A stretch of DNA of 63,774 nucleotides, filler included, from Basidiobolus ranarum (GCA_040143965.1; 21 parts of 21 records of this genome joined end to end with filler, not necessarily neighbours in it), one strand, 5' to 3'. Counted from the whole stretch's first letter, positions 11,398-24,390 are shown. A program made the numbers and translations. The notes: generated by a model not told the origin, from the letters alone.

Positions 11398-12205
11398 TTT
11401 GAAAAGAAATAAGAATAAAATTAAAGAAACCCTATATGAAAACAGAAATAAATGGTTAGTGAAAAAGAACCAACAAAACACCAGGAAAGAAGACAAGAAA
11501 GGAGTTGTAGTAGATTGCCAAGTGGTATATGACTTTATCAGAGTACGTGTAACCCAGAAAACCTCTTTTACGTGTTTGTTTTGAAAACGAGATTTGAGAG
11601 GAATCATTGGCTAGAAAGAATTCTCATTTCGAAAGAGTAACAATCTGTAGCCTAAATCGAAATTTATCCAAGGGGTTGTGAAGATACCATTGGCCGATGG
11701 CATTCATACTATTTATGTTTCAAAGTACCATTTTAGTTCGTAATTATTCAACAATTACCTCTACTTAATTGTTATAATAATTGAAAAAAATACAACACCG
11801 AATTCACGTGAATCATCTAATATCTTGGAGTTGGAGAAATATATTTATTGAAGATTGATATAGAAGCATATAATTAAACCTCCAGAGGTCAACATCTGTT
11901 ACTAATTAGTTATGTTACTTCATTATTTGTAATGCTATGATAACTTCATCAATTAAATAAAAGAATTATGATCACATGACCTATGTGGAGACTGCCACTC
12001 TATTGGAGTTACGTCTTCTCAGGTTCAGATTAATATTGGCCTTGAGACAGAGCGACAGATCGACATTGACAATACCCAGTAGTTTTGCATTAGCTACTAA
12101 AGTAGNNNNNNNNNNNNNNNNNNNNNNNNNNNNNNNNNNNNNNNNNNNNTTAATTAATTAANNNNNNNNNNNNNNNNNNNNNNNNNNNNNNNNNNNNNNN
12201 NNNNN

Positions 12206-12436
12206 TTTTACCAACTTAGAAGTTCTCAGATATATAGATTTTCAAACTTGTGCTAGAAGCCCCAAACTTTGCACACATGTTCCTGGGACCTTCCTTAACA
12301 TATTCTACACGTTAGTCTGTTTACATCTTGACAAAACTATAAATGTCAACTTTCTACTCAATAAATCAATAAGTGAAAACCACCAATTCCTTCAATTCTC
12401 CAAACCACTTCCAACAGGCTCCCAAATACTTTAACA
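12206..12436 (+). mobile_element. Copia LTR-1 3' part
   Basis: Ends ...CCAACAGGCTCCCAAATACTTTAACA, the LTR-1 terminus. Confidence 0.9.
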
Positions 12437-14668
12437 GTATCCAATCACAAGTGCTGACTTTAGAAATGACTAAGTTATTTTGTATTTCCATTTGTATGGA
12501 TTTCTACTTTTATTTCTGTAGGCCAATACAATAATACACAATTACTTTATTCTATCAATATATATCTGAGCAAAGTTTACAACCAGCATCAAGAGTTCAC
12601 AGAAGCATTTTAGTATACATTGCTATATTAATGTATCCTGAAATATGATACAATGGAACCATACAATACTAATTATAAGCAGTCTATAGTTTGAGAATGC
12701 TCTCACAATAGCAAGATCAGTAATGTTACTTTTTATACTTATATTTTTGATGATAACTTTAGTTGCATTTTGTTATCAAAACAAATGTATACAAACATCC
12801 ATCTATTCATATATATGCATTTAAATCTTCTGGTTTATCTACACCTGGTTTTATCTCATATCCTCATTGTCTTATATATCATGACATTTAATTCACAGCA
12901 ATATAACTATCAATGATGTTAATACCAAAGTAAATATAGCAATTTCTTATATTATGATAGAAGTCTATTTCATATATAGCAGGTTCTAACATAGAGGACA
13001 TCTTGCTAAGATCACTGATTGGTGAAAAAAATACTTCAATATAAAGCATCTATGCACAGTTAAACTCTCATATTGATCAATGAAATTATTATCTGGAAAT
13101 CAATAATGACAGATAGGGTTCTAGACAAAAAATACATCAATACATTAATTGTATTCCTATTAAACAAGTAAACTTTTTGTAGCGATAATGGCAGAACATT
13201 GATAGAAGCTAGTTAGCACAAAATCAACAGTGAGAGATATGTTAATTATCTTGGATAAATTTCTGATAAATCTGACTTGTTTAAAGCTGAACCAATTCCT
13301 GAGCAAATAGTCCAATAGAGCTTTCTAATATTGTACTATATCCATTTTTGATTTACTTTCTTTATTCTGGCTACTTTCTTGATTGCTTCCAAGCAAATGA
13401 AATAGAGAACATGGCCAGCCTTTGAGATCATGCACATGTCCAGATCATTGTTTATCTCTGAATTGAATTTGAGATTTCAATAGTAGAATTGCCAAGCTTT
13501 ATAGCTTCTGGAATTTTACAGGACTTTCCTTAGTGCAGGTTCAGAACACAAATATTGGTCATTAGATCTTCAACATTAATGACATATTACACTTCCACTA
13601 ACTTATGTTTGAGTGATTATTTTAGCTGATAAGTCAATGATTTATTTAATATATGATCAACTGTAGCTTTGGTAACTAGTGGATCCATATCTTCAACATA
13701 CTGGAACTTTTGCAGTCTTTTCTGATGCTGGTTATTTCAACTTTGGTTTTGCAGTGTTCTTCTATTGTGTTTATATGTCATAATATAAGTTGCTATCTCA
13801 TCAGTGGTTCATTGTATGTGAGATGGTATATTACCAAGAGCTAGCATCATACACTGTTGATTTTGCACGTAAGCACCTGAGACTAGCAAACTGTTGGTAG
13901 AAAGCTGAAACTTAGTCATACTTGTTGAATTATTACTACTTGATGATAGTTGACTAATCATGTAGAATATTATAATTCCCAAAGGTGAGAGTGATTGATA
14001 AATGATGCTTGTCTTGAAACCAAGCAAAGATCTCTTCTTTTTCCAAGCTAGGTAGATTCAATTGCTATTCTTCAGATATCATAAATATGGCAGTAGTTGA
14101 ATTGTAGGAGATTTATCAAGTGTTTCAAGCTTTCCTAAGCTTTGTCATAGTAGCTTAGAAAGATGGCTCAGATCATATTTGATGTTGAATTCTTCATTGA
14201 TTTTCCCAATATTTTATAAGGTAATTTTAGTTTTATATTGATTGTAATATAGTAGATGCTAATTTTTTAACTTGTTAATCAGTTGTCAATGGATGAGCCC
14301 CAATAAGTTAAAAGTCATTCATGTAGCTCTCTAAGCCATGCTATGAAAACTCTATTTCCACAAAGAGCTTATTTATCATCTTTGCTCTGTCACCTATATA
14401 CAGGTGTTTATATTTTTCTGATCTTCTAAATTTTAAACAATTTATTAGGCCACAGAGTGAGACAAACCACAGAATGCTATAAAATTATGAAATAAATTTT
14501 TATAATTTTATACTGATATTAAAAAATATTTGCTGGCTAGGCCAAGTTATAATGGGAGAGAAATGCACCAGGTGGTATGAATTTTATTTAGCTTATATAC
14601 CAATCTACACAAATTGACAATTGTAAAAATCAATCTTTTAAGATATTGTGACAAAGCTGGAACATATC

Positions 14669-15154
14669 TATTGGGAAAATATGGGCTGTTTGGAGGAACT
14701 TTAGAAAAGTGGAGTTGTGAATAACATTGTGAGATAGTTATTTATTGTCCAGAAATAAAGCATTTATACATTTTTGATGGAAATACAGAAAACTAACACT
14801 GGGGTTGTGTTCAAAACATCTGTTGGAGTAAAATGAGCTATTTTTTGGCCAATTTGGACAAGTTTGAAACTTTCAATATGGAATTGCTAATTCTCACAAT
14901 GTTCACATATATATATAATATATGTTCAAATTTCCAGCTAAGTGATATTTGACTCAGTAATGTTAACTAACTTATATGTGATATATGAAATAGTTAGATG
15001 TATAAAGATAGAGATAACAAATATGATAAAGACAATAAACTTAAACACTCCCACTCAACTAAATATTCATATATCTTAATCCTAACTTAAATCTTAATTC
15101 TTCAAATTTAGGCTTAGGTAATGGTTTGGTAAGGATGTCAGCAATCATGTCCTC
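14669..15154 (-). mobile_element. 3' end of a copia family-2 element (RNase H end, PPT, 3' LTR-2)
   Basis: The minus strand 15154-15059 reads EDMIADILTKPLPKPKFEELRFKLGLRYMNI*. PPT TTGAGTGGGAG lies at 15048-15058 and LTR-2 at 14669-15047. Confidence 0.92.
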
Positions 15155-15264
15155 NNNNNNNNNNNNNNNNNNNNNNNNNNNNNNNNNNNNNNNNNNNNTT
15201 AATTAATTAANNNNNNNNNNNNNNNNNNNNNNNNNNNNNNNNNNNNNNNNNNNNAAAGGAGCCA

Positions 15265-15810
15265 GTGAGTTTAGGCTCTACTGTCCCACATACCAAATTC
15301 TTCACACAATTACAAAGATCAGCATATCCAGAGTCAGATATACTGGCAAAAAAGCTTAAATTCACCATGGATCCAGCTCCACCAGTTGGAGGAGTGCTAA
15401 ATTTGGAAGTTTATCCTACACTTGGCACCTCTCAACAAGCCAAAACACCAGCAAATAAAACTCATGGCTCTCCAACCTCAACTTGTACTTTTCAAAGTGC
15501 TGAAATTTGCCCCAAAGGTAAAGGCAAGCAAAAAGCCACTCAAACACCACAAAGCACCCTTAATAGTGTCTCACTACAAGGATGTACAAAAATAGTCAAA
15601 GTGCTTGAGGAGTATTTTCAAAAGTATGAGGGGGAAAACGCAGCTCAAGTATGCAGAAAGTGGCCACAGAAGAAGAACATTCAACTTGACATTTGGTCTG
15701 GTGTTGACCATGCAGATATCTGGGAAGAACTTGATACAGAGTGGCACAATATTGCAGGGTATCCGCCAGATTGCTGGAAGAATGTTGATTCAGCAATGTT
15801 AATACAATGA
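15265..15810 (+). pseudogene. Open frame, probably a remnant of a transposon gene, adjoining repeat family B
   Basis: 181-codon frame in CpG-poor DNA that runs directly into repeat B. No recognised domain. Confidence 0.3.
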
Positions 15811-16190
15811 TGGGCTTTGATTGAGATATTGATACAAAGTTGTGTTGGGTATGAGCTAAACCTTGGGTATGAAGAACTCTATAAAAATATTCAGGAGAAC
15901 ATGTCAAAGAGACTAGGGATTTCAAAGGTGACAAATTAGCATTCAAGTGGTAATTGTGTAAAATTTGAGTTACGTTTTTTGCACATGGGTTGATCCATAG
16001 TTTACTAAGATTGAAGCCAATCATGCCCAACTATTCTGCGAGATCTTGAAATTTCACTCCTGAAACTGAAAAAATGATTAAAATCAAATCTAACTTGACC
16101 ATTTTATGATGGTAAGTGAACAATCAATCCCAAATGGATTAAAATTGTGACAGTTTTCCTACAATAACAATCCTCAAATTTCTGTTAGGG
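15801..16190. repeat. Interspersed repeat family B ending in ...TTTCTGTTAGGG (putative DNA-transposon end)
   Basis: Aligns with 51861-52251 and, inverted, with 48465-48611. All three copies stop at the same CCCTAACAGAAA terminus. Confidence 0.8.
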
Positions 16191-16199
16191 GGCTTTCTT

Positions 16200-16650
16200 T
16201 AGCACAATTTACAAGTTAGTTTGTCTACATGTTGACAAAACTATAAATCTCAACTTTCTACTCAGGATATTAGTAAGCAAAAGCCCCCAACTTCACTATT
16301 TTTGCCAACCACTTCCAACAGGATGCCACATATCTTAACAGAGGCTATAGATACATTGCTTTCTGCTTCTGATACATGTATGCTAAGTAAGAATTTCTAA
16401 GACATAGAATAAGATTAGTCATTCAACAGTAAGCATAATATCATGGAAAGTTTTTGTAACAGAGGTGCAGCATTTGGTGCTTCTAGCCAAATTTTGAAAA
16501 AAATATATATCTGAGAGTTGTAAAGTTGGTGAAAATTCTTTGGGTAAATTTTATTTGAGATAATTTTGAAGTATCATAGTAACATATAACAAAACTATAT
16601 ACCAACATATATACAAGTTGCTAAATGTTTAGACAATGCTAATATCAACA
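16200..16650. mobile_element. Two old LTR-1 fragments in opposite orientation
   Basis: About 16200-16340 matches the LTR-1 3' part (ends ATCTTAACA). About 16470-16650 matches the reverse strand (ends GCTAATATCAACA). Confidence 0.65.
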
Positions 16651-17439
16651 AGTTGAAAATTTTAACATATATTTTTTGTACATGTAAATTAGCAGAGAAT
16701 TAACAAGGTTATGCAGTAAATTGTGAGGTCCTGCAAATTTTCCTAACATAAAAGAAATGCTTGTCTATAATATTCTATTGCATTTCTGATCTTGTTGGAT
16801 GATTAATCTTTATTCAGCATCCTAGGTAACTTGAATCATGAGTAGTATATCAGAAAGAGAAAGCAATGTATCTATAGTGCCTATGTTCTAATCAGCAAAA
16901 TATATATCTATACAGTAAGTATGTCTTATTATCTCCACTGATTAATTATATCTTATTGTGCAAATTCCTGAATAATCAAGTATTCGATTTACTTTGCTAC
17001 TATGCAAGTCTCCATAGTTTTTGAAGAATAATGTAACCAAGACATTATCATAAGTTGCCTCTGATATTGAGACTCTGCCCTCATTATGTTGAGATCCTGC
17101 AAAGTGGTAGCAGCAAGTGAGTTATAGTCTTCTTCCCAAAGGGAGATTAAGAATATTTCAATGTTCAATGGTGAAGATTTCCATAAATGGAAGTTGAATA
17201 AGTAACTTGAGCTTGAGGGGAAACATGTCTGGGAAGTAGCTTGATCCAATGAAAAATGTCTAAGGCAGAGATCACAATAACTTAAACTAGTCAAAGATGC
17301 TGACTTGTCCAAGAATCCCTAACAAAAATAAAATCAATTTGATCTGGATTGTATCCACCCTTCTGGATTACAAAACTGTCAGAGAACCACCACAACATTA
17401 GAGGTTTGCATTCTGCCAGGGATTTTGAAGGTGTGATGG

Positions 17440-17735
17440 CAGCTTCTTGATGATATCTTGATGGTATTCATACATGTTAAAATATTGATCCTCAAATTTA
17501 GCATGAGTTTTTTAATATCAAGCAATCCTTGCAAAAATCTAATTTTCAAATGCAAATTACTGGGTTTACACTGCAGGAATTTGAATTAATATGCATGCCT
17601 TTATTTAGATATTTTAGGCTTTGTATTCCAGCCATAATGAGAATCAAAAATACAACAATCTTGTTGTGTTTAGTCTCTATATATGCACATACTTGACAGA
17701 GAAGACATAACTCAACAATATTAATATGCTTTACT
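17440..17735. repeat. Unclassified interspersed repeat family C, copy 2
   Basis: Homologous to about 6235-6530. Confidence 0.8.
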
Positions 17736-18417
17736 AGCAAACTAATGGTGCAAAAATTGATAAACATCTGAAATTTGAATAGCACTGACACTTGGCAAAC
17801 AGCTGACTCTTGTTACCATTCACAATGAGAATAAGCTCTTGGATTTTGGCCAATTTCTGTAAAGAATTCAGCCAATGTATCCCCAACTTGCAGTCAACAA
17901 ATGTCCTGCCACAAGTAGATGTGTCACTGCTTGAATAGATTACCCCATGGCTAAAACAATAATACTGCATATCTTCAGCTATCTCACCAAGAAGTCTGTC
18001 TAGCAGCTTTTGTCAAAATACCATCAGATCATTACTCAAACAAATTAGTCCAAAATATAGAGGTACTTACTTGGTGTCCATGGATTGGGCTTTGTTGCTG
18101 TTATTGTGCTCAAACAATGCAAAAATCTGTGAGCACATTGAAAAGAGCCGTTTACTGGACCAGGTTTATTACCAGGACTCCCATTACTATCCACTCATCT
18201 ANNNNNNNNNNNNNNNNNNNNNNNNNNNNNNNNNNNNNNNNNNNNTTAATTAATTAANNNNNNNNNNNNNNNNNNNNNNNNNNNNNNNNNNNNNNNNNNN
18301 NCTTTTATTTAGATTAAAAAATATTTTTCGGGATGAAGAATTTTTTGGAATTAATTTTTCAAATCTTAATTCGGATTTTACGAAATTATTTTTAAATTTA
18401 TTACGAAATTAAATTTT

Positions 18418-18618
18418 GTAGAATGTGTAGAATGTGTTGAGGAGGGTCCCAGGAACATGTGTGCAAAGTTTGGGGCTTTTTTGAAAAATCTATATATCTT
18501 CAAACTTCCAAGTAAATTCCTCATGAGAATAATGGGTGATATCTTAGTTCAATATAGCATAACTAAGTACTAAGCTACATATGACTATATAGGTGTTTAG
18601 GCAATGCCAATTTCAACA
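18418..18618 (-). mobile_element. Copia LTR-1 partial copy
   Basis: ...AACTAAGTACTAAGCTACATATGACTATATAGGTGTTTAGGCAATGCCAATTTCAACA is the reverse complement of the LTR-1 start. Confidence 0.88.
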
Positions 18619-19046
18619 AAACAACCACCTTTATTATTAAGTATATCACTAACCTTAACACTTTCAACCATCTAGCTACAATTTTTTACTAGGGATACCA
18701 AGGCAGAGTAGCAAGTTGTCTGAACAAATTCTCAAAATAAGCACCAATCATCCAGATGAACTTACCATCTTAGTTGGTACTTCGGTACTTACCACATGTG
18801 CTCGCTTTTGAATGGCAAGTACACATTCGATATTTTCATCTGAGCTCAAGTATAAATATCTCGAACTTGGAAAGAATGGCCGACTTACCCGCGCTCCAAG
18901 TTTGTCCACCAAATGGCTAAGCAACTCTAGCTCAACTTCATCAAGAACTACAAAGTCATATCTATCAATATACTTACAGATTGAAGTTAAGGTTTTCTTG
19001 AGTAAGATAGAAGCATCTGCAGCTGAAACTGAAATGCTGTGGCGCT

Positions 19047-20480
19047 CTAAAAAATAAATAAATCATTAGTTCTCGCTACATAATAATAGTTATACAAGGA
19101 ATTACCTAGTAAGTGTAGTCCAGGAAGCAAGAACCAAGGTTGAGTAACCAGCATATTTGCAATATCAAAATCTCTAAATACTTCGGCCACGTTTGCTCCC
19201 GCCTCTTCAAGAAGCAAGTACAATTGCCCAACATATTGTGGCACTGCATTATAAGAGTGCTCCGTACAGCATATTGGAGGGTCTTCTGTGAGGATATGAC
19301 GAAGCATTTCAGAAGCATTAAGATCAAGCTCATGGATATATTTGAATGCTTCTGACGAACGTGCATTTATAATATATCGCTGCAATTGCTTCTTGTCTCC
19401 GGTATCGAATTGCAAACTATATTCACTCAACAGATAGTCAGCAATACTAGTGCACTCAGTACAAGCGGCCTTAAAAGTATCCTTCAGCATATCGTCAAAA
19501 CCCTCAAATTGCAGCTGGCCATCTACATGATAAACCTCCTCAATTAGGAATCGAATTGACTCAAACTGGCTCCTAAACCAGTAGGTATCAAATCCCGCAA
19601 GTATGGGTAGGAGTTTTTTGCAAGTACGCATGGTATCTTGAGTAACAGAGTCTCCAAATTTGTATAACCATCGTAGACTCTCCGTACATAGGTTATATAT
19701 CAACTCAACCATATCGTCCTCTTCAAGTTCCAAACGTATATAATATAGACAAAACAAGTATAACTCTACCACACTTGTTTGCAAAGTTTTTAAGAGCCTT
19801 TCTTTTCTCTGTTCTGGATGCTCCTCTAGACGTTTTATCACTTTCAATTCTCTATTTGTAAATATGCCACAAGATATTCCTAAATTCTTCGCTCTGTCAC
19901 GTCGTACTTCATCTTTACGGTAGCTGCAGGCATAAATGATTAATCGAAGTGTACTTCTGTTACATTCCTGTATACGGCCTACCTCTACTTGATCTAGTAC
20001 ACAGTCTAAAAATGCAGGACCAGAAAGGTTGAAATTTTCCAAGAGTTGCTGCATAAGTAATTCAGAGTGGAGGGAAGTATGAGAAACTAACACGATACCA
20101 AGTTCCTCAATATCTTTACTTTTTTGGTTTTCCAATTTAGAGCAATTATCGAACTCATACTGAAAATTCAAGTGAGATAAAAATTGCACAATCACTCTTG
20201 AATCTTGAAGCCGATGAATATTCTGTAGAACTCGATGAAGTAAAATAATTGCCACTCTGGGAGTGATTAAAACATGAGGTTGAACAAGAGAGCTTGTCAT
20301 AGGAGAAAGGCCAAAAAAATCATGATGTCTCCAGAGCCAGTTTGCACGGATAATATTTTGCTTGGACAAATGGTAAAAGAAAGTGCATACACTAATGAGC
20401 TGGCGGGGAGTAGTGTGATAGTAGAAAATTAGGGCAAGAACTTCTTGTGGAAATACAGACATCTTGGGCTGACAATTCAT
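19047..20480 (-). CDS. Intronless protein with an N-terminal F-box-like motif and a helical-repeat body
   Basis: 477-aa ORF. The N-terminus FPQEVLALIF...LISVCTFFYHLS....RANWL fits the F-box pattern. The rest is Leu-rich and helical. Confidence 0.65.
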   Translation of the reverse strand: MNCQPKMSVFPQEVLALIFYYHTTPRQLISVCTFFYHLSKQNIIRANWLWRHHDFFGLSPMTSSLVQPHVLITPRVAIILLHRVLQNIHRLQDSRVIVQFLSHLNFQYEFDNCSKLENQKSKDIEELGIVLVSHTSLHSELLMQQLLENFNLSGPAFLDCVLDQVEVGRIQECNRSTLRLIIYACSYRKDEVRRDRAKNLGISCGIFTNRELKVIKRLEEHPEQRKERLLKTLQTSVVELYLFCLYYIRLELEEDDMVELIYNLCTESLRWLYKFGDSVTQDTMRTCKKLLPILAGFDTYWFRSQFESIRFLIEEVYHVDGQLQFEGFDDMLKDTFKAACTECTSIADYLLSEYSLQFDTGDKKQLQRYIINARSSEAFKYIHELDLNASEMLRHILTEDPPICCTEHSYNAVPQYVGQLYLLLEEAGANVAEVFRDFDIANMLVTQPWFLLPGLHLLGNSLYNYYYVARTNDLFIF

Positions 20481-21640
20481 TCGACATTCTCATGGCTTAT
20501 TTTATAATGCTAGTTAAAAGGAACTGTTAACTGCGGAATTCCGCATATGGACGTTGGGTGTGACTGAGTTTGAAACTAGATAGCCGCTCATGAAAATAGA
20601 TCAAGATTTGTGCAGCTTATCCTAATTGTGGCATACTAGACAGAGCTTAGCTTAATCTGGATTCACCATCCACTCTTCTATTTGGGATCTGGAACACTAT
20701 ATCTGAGCTAACCTTAGCGCTACATCTGAGCAGAGAATGATGCATTTCCAGATGCTCCTATTCACATATCCTAGTTACGATTCAAGCAAATAAGAAGGGA
20801 ACTGGCTTAAGCGCTTACATCTCCAAGCTATGATTCCGACGTTTAAAAAACCTTGAGATTGACACTCCATATATATATGCTAACCCATCTGAGTTTAATC
20901 ATGAGAACAAAGGATTGCATGTATATGTGGATTACTATTGTATTGAGGCTTGTTCTGCAAAAGTGTTATTATTTTGCATATGATTGGTACTAGCACATTT
21001 CATCCCCTGTTTTATTTTCTACAACCGTAGAGAGTATTTCCCAGATCAACTCTCAACAGATATGTGGTAGTGTAATTGTTCAGCATCACTTTATTTCTGT
21101 ATTATGTAATTGTAGATTAATGGTATATTGCTCACATTTGCTTAGTAATGACCACATATCTTAAGTAGTTCAGCATTATCAATCCATTTAACAAATTGGA
21201 TAGATAGTGAAAGAATATTAATATCATGGGGATTTAATTTTGATAGNNNNNNNNNNNNNNNNNNNNNNNNNNNNNNNNNNNNNNNNNNNNTTAATTAATT
21301 AANNNNNNNNNNNNNNNNNNNNNNNNNNNNNNNNNNNNNNNNNNNNTCGCCTTAAAAGTAAATTCGACCATTTATTACTAGCCAATTGCGCAGGTTTAAA
21401 ATCGAACTTCCACTGTGTTAATTGATGACTGTGGGGGGGGGGAGGTATATGGCTATCTCCAAATAGATCCGATAGGAGTTGTTACTTCGTTGTATCACGC
21501 GAAGCATTCCATGGGTTGAAGCGTCTTTACAGCAGATATAGGTTGAAATATCTCGATATAGAAACTGCAGCCACGTCCTCATGTTACATAAGGTGACTTG
21601 TAATGGCCTTAGGCAACAGAACCTATTCAACAATTACACT

Positions 21641-22090
21641 ATGAAATACCTGATTCCTACCATCTTCCTTTCTGCTATCCTCTTAGCTAGCAATGAAGCT
21701 AGTGAGAGCACCCGTTGTTGGGGATCATGTGATAGTAACAAGATTTGCCTGTCAAAATGTGATGAGCAGGTGATAGGTATTGGACAATGCAAGTCACAAT
21801 GTGACTTCACAAATCCACTTAAGGGAAGAGTGTGCATCGAGTCTTGCATAAAAAGCCATGTCTTCAATACTACGGGCTTGACCGAAGCTGCCACGTCCAC
21901 CGCAAGTACAACCATCACTAGTACTCAAGTGTTATCAAGTACGGCACAGACACTATCGTCCACTCCATCTACTATCGCAACCGGGAAGGCAACTCTGAAG
22001 TACCGTCAAGGAAATTGTTTTCAAAACTGCTCCAACAATGCGGAATGTCTCGCCCGATGTGGCCAAGAATTTGGAGAATGCAAAGAATAG
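21641..22090 (+). CDS. Secreted Cys-rich protein with two CX3C-array modules separated by a Ser/Thr linker
   Basis: Signal peptide MKYLIPTIFLSAILLA from ATG 21641. Module 1 has four CX3C pairs, followed by a Thr/Ser stalk. Module 2 is cut short by a TAG stop. Confidence 0.75.
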   Translation: MKYLIPTIFLSAILLASNEASESTRCWGSCDSNKICLSKCDEQVIGIGQCKSQCDFTNPLKGRVCIESCIKSHVFNTTGLTEAATSTASTTITSTQVLSSTAQTLSSTPSTIATGKATLKYRQGNCFQNCSNNAECLARCGQEFGECKE

Positions 22091-22651
22091 CTAATTCCGA
22101 ATTTTATAAATCTCGCTATCCTCAGAAGCAGATCTAATAAGAAGTACCAATAAAGCCTGACACTATGCTATAACCGGCGAATTACTCAAGCGAATTACTC
22201 ACTCAAGCGAATTACTCCATGGGTTTTAAGGTTTGATATAAAACAAAATAAATCAATATAGCCTTTCCCGATATGGCCATAGGCTCTGTTTCCATCGCAG
22301 TCTCACTCGTTTTAATCTCAATATATTAACTGAAAGCTGGAATTAAGCCGCATAATATGTACCACTTAAGTAACATTATTCAACAACCAGATATCATTCG
22401 TACATATCGCTCAAAATATGGCCGTTCAAATCAATACAGTTTGTCCTGTATTGATTGGGCTTCATTGCTACTCTAAGTAACCACTCCAAGCCTATATTCT
22501 CCTTAAGCTTGACCTCCAACTTTAAACGTTAGTACGAAATATATTAGAGCATGTTGATTGGAATCAATTTTGACTGGTTATAGATAATCGAAACTGCTGT
22601 AAATACGAGTTTGGTGAATGTAATTTTCCATGAGAAAATCCAATTAACGAC

Positions 22652-22942
22652 GTGATCGAAACCACCAGACTTTCTCCAAGCTTCACTCTAACTACTACCC
22701 AAGTGCTGTTAAGTAAGTCACAGACACCTTCGCTCACCTCATCATCTATCGTAACCAGAAAGCCAAATCAAAAAAAGCAAAAGAAGAATTGCTTTCAAAA
22801 CTGTGCCAAAAACAAGAAATGTTTCACTCAATGTGGTCGCCTATTTAGAAGGTGCAAAGCAAAATACAACTTCTATAATATAGCTTCCAGTCTGAGATGC
22901 ATCAAAAAATGCCGTAATAAGTTTATTGCTAGTTCTAGCTAA
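22652..22942 (+). pseudogene. Tandem paralog of the Cys-rich gene, N-terminus degenerate
   Basis: TTTQVLLSKSQTPSLTSSSIVT..NCFQNC aligns with TSTQVLSSTAQTLSSTPSTIAT..NCFQNC. No ATG or signal peptide in frame. Confidence 0.65.
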
Positions 22943-23437
22943 TGCACCAAGGATTTCACGAGATACACTTTAAGACAAGCATTAATTGATATACCCCAAA
23001 TTCTATTTGTCCTTCAGATTTGTTGATAACTCCCAACTCCATAAGCACCAATGTTGAATTTTCCTTCAATTTCAGGTGTGCGGTACGTACTTATCAGAAA
23101 CAGGATAGTGATAAATCGGACTTAACCAACTGAACCAAATACAATCTCTACTACACAAGTTGAATTTACAGTACCTGTGTAATCTTTATGAATTGTAGCA
23201 TCAGTTAGAAGTGAGTTCTTTGGCTTTAAGTAATTCCATGACCATACATTCAAATTACAAAACCTGACCAATACTTACAAGGTGCAATGTTGAATATAGG
23301 CTCTTAGTTGCTATTTCTTCATATTAGCTATGTAACGCCCTGGTTGGAATAAACCAAACTAAGAATAGTTTTCATGAATAAAAGTTGATATTGTTCAAAA
23401 TAGTTACAAGAATATTTAGTAAGCTCTAATCTGTTTT

Positions 23438-24290
23438 TGTTGAAGTTTATTGTCTTTATCATTTTTGTTATCCCTATCTTTATACACCTAACTATTTCAT
23501 ATATCACATATAAGTTAGTTAAGAATACTTAGTCAAATATCACTTAACTGCAAATTGGAACATATATTATATATATATGTGAATAATGTGAGAATCAGCA
23601 ATTCTATATTGAGAATTTCAAACTTGTCCAAATTGCCCAAAAGATAACTCATCTTACTCCCACAGATGTTCTGAGCATAACCACAGTGTTAGTTTTCTGT
23701 ATTTCCACCAAAATTTGTAAATGCTTCATTTCTGGACAATAAACAATTATCTCCCAAAACTATTCACAACTTCACTTTTCTAAAGTTCCTCCAAACAGCC
23801 CATATTTTCCCAATAGATTATGCATCCCTTGTTCTAACCTTTACAGCATGACAGAAACAGCTACTATTACTTTTATTAACTCAAGTGCTGAAAAGCTTCA
23901 TGGAGAAAATTACAATTTTTGGAATTTCAAGATGCAAATCATGCTGGAAGACAGGGAGCTTTGGGATATAGTCTCTGAAGATGAAAAGGAACCTTCTGAC
24001 CCTTCTTTATTGGAAGCTTACAAGAAAAGGGACAAGAAGGCCTTTAATATCATTTGTCAAAGTTTGAAGGATTCACAACTTGTGATTATTCAATATGCAA
24101 AGACTTCCTGTCTGGCTTTGACTATATTGGAAGTGTGTTATGAAGCAAAGAGTCTTGCTAACAGACTCTTTCTCAGACAAAAATTCTTCAATATAAAGAT
24201 GGAAAGGTCTGGCAGCATGGTTACTCATATTGCAAATGTGCAATCTTAGGCAAAACTACTGGAAAATATTGTTGCAACTTTACAGGAAGA
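23438..24290 (+). mobile_element. 5' end of a copia family-2 element (5' LTR-2, degenerate PBS, gag)
   Basis: LTR-2 at 23438-23815, then GATTATGCATCCC, then a gag ORF from 23848 (KLHGENYNFWNFKMQIMLEDRELWDIV; copia-type gag N-terminus) with a premature stop at 24249. Confidence 0.92.
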
Positions 24291-24390
24291 NNNNNNNNNN
24301 NNNNNNNNNNNNNNNNNNNNNNNNNNNNNNNNNNTTAATTAATTAANNNNNNNNNNNNNNNNNNNNNNNNNNNNNNNNNNNNNNNNNNNN

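Noticed and set aside
11240-11584. Antisense ORFs over real genes (also 31883, 40534, 53789, 55649, 61172, 61994 and 62742)
   Set aside because: Opposite-strand shadows of well-supported coding regions, with no domains.
12440-14660. Possible decayed LINE reverse transcriptase (QSLSPL-like fragment at 13809-14027)
   Set aside because: Motif similarity is too weak to call by eye and needs a translated HMM search.
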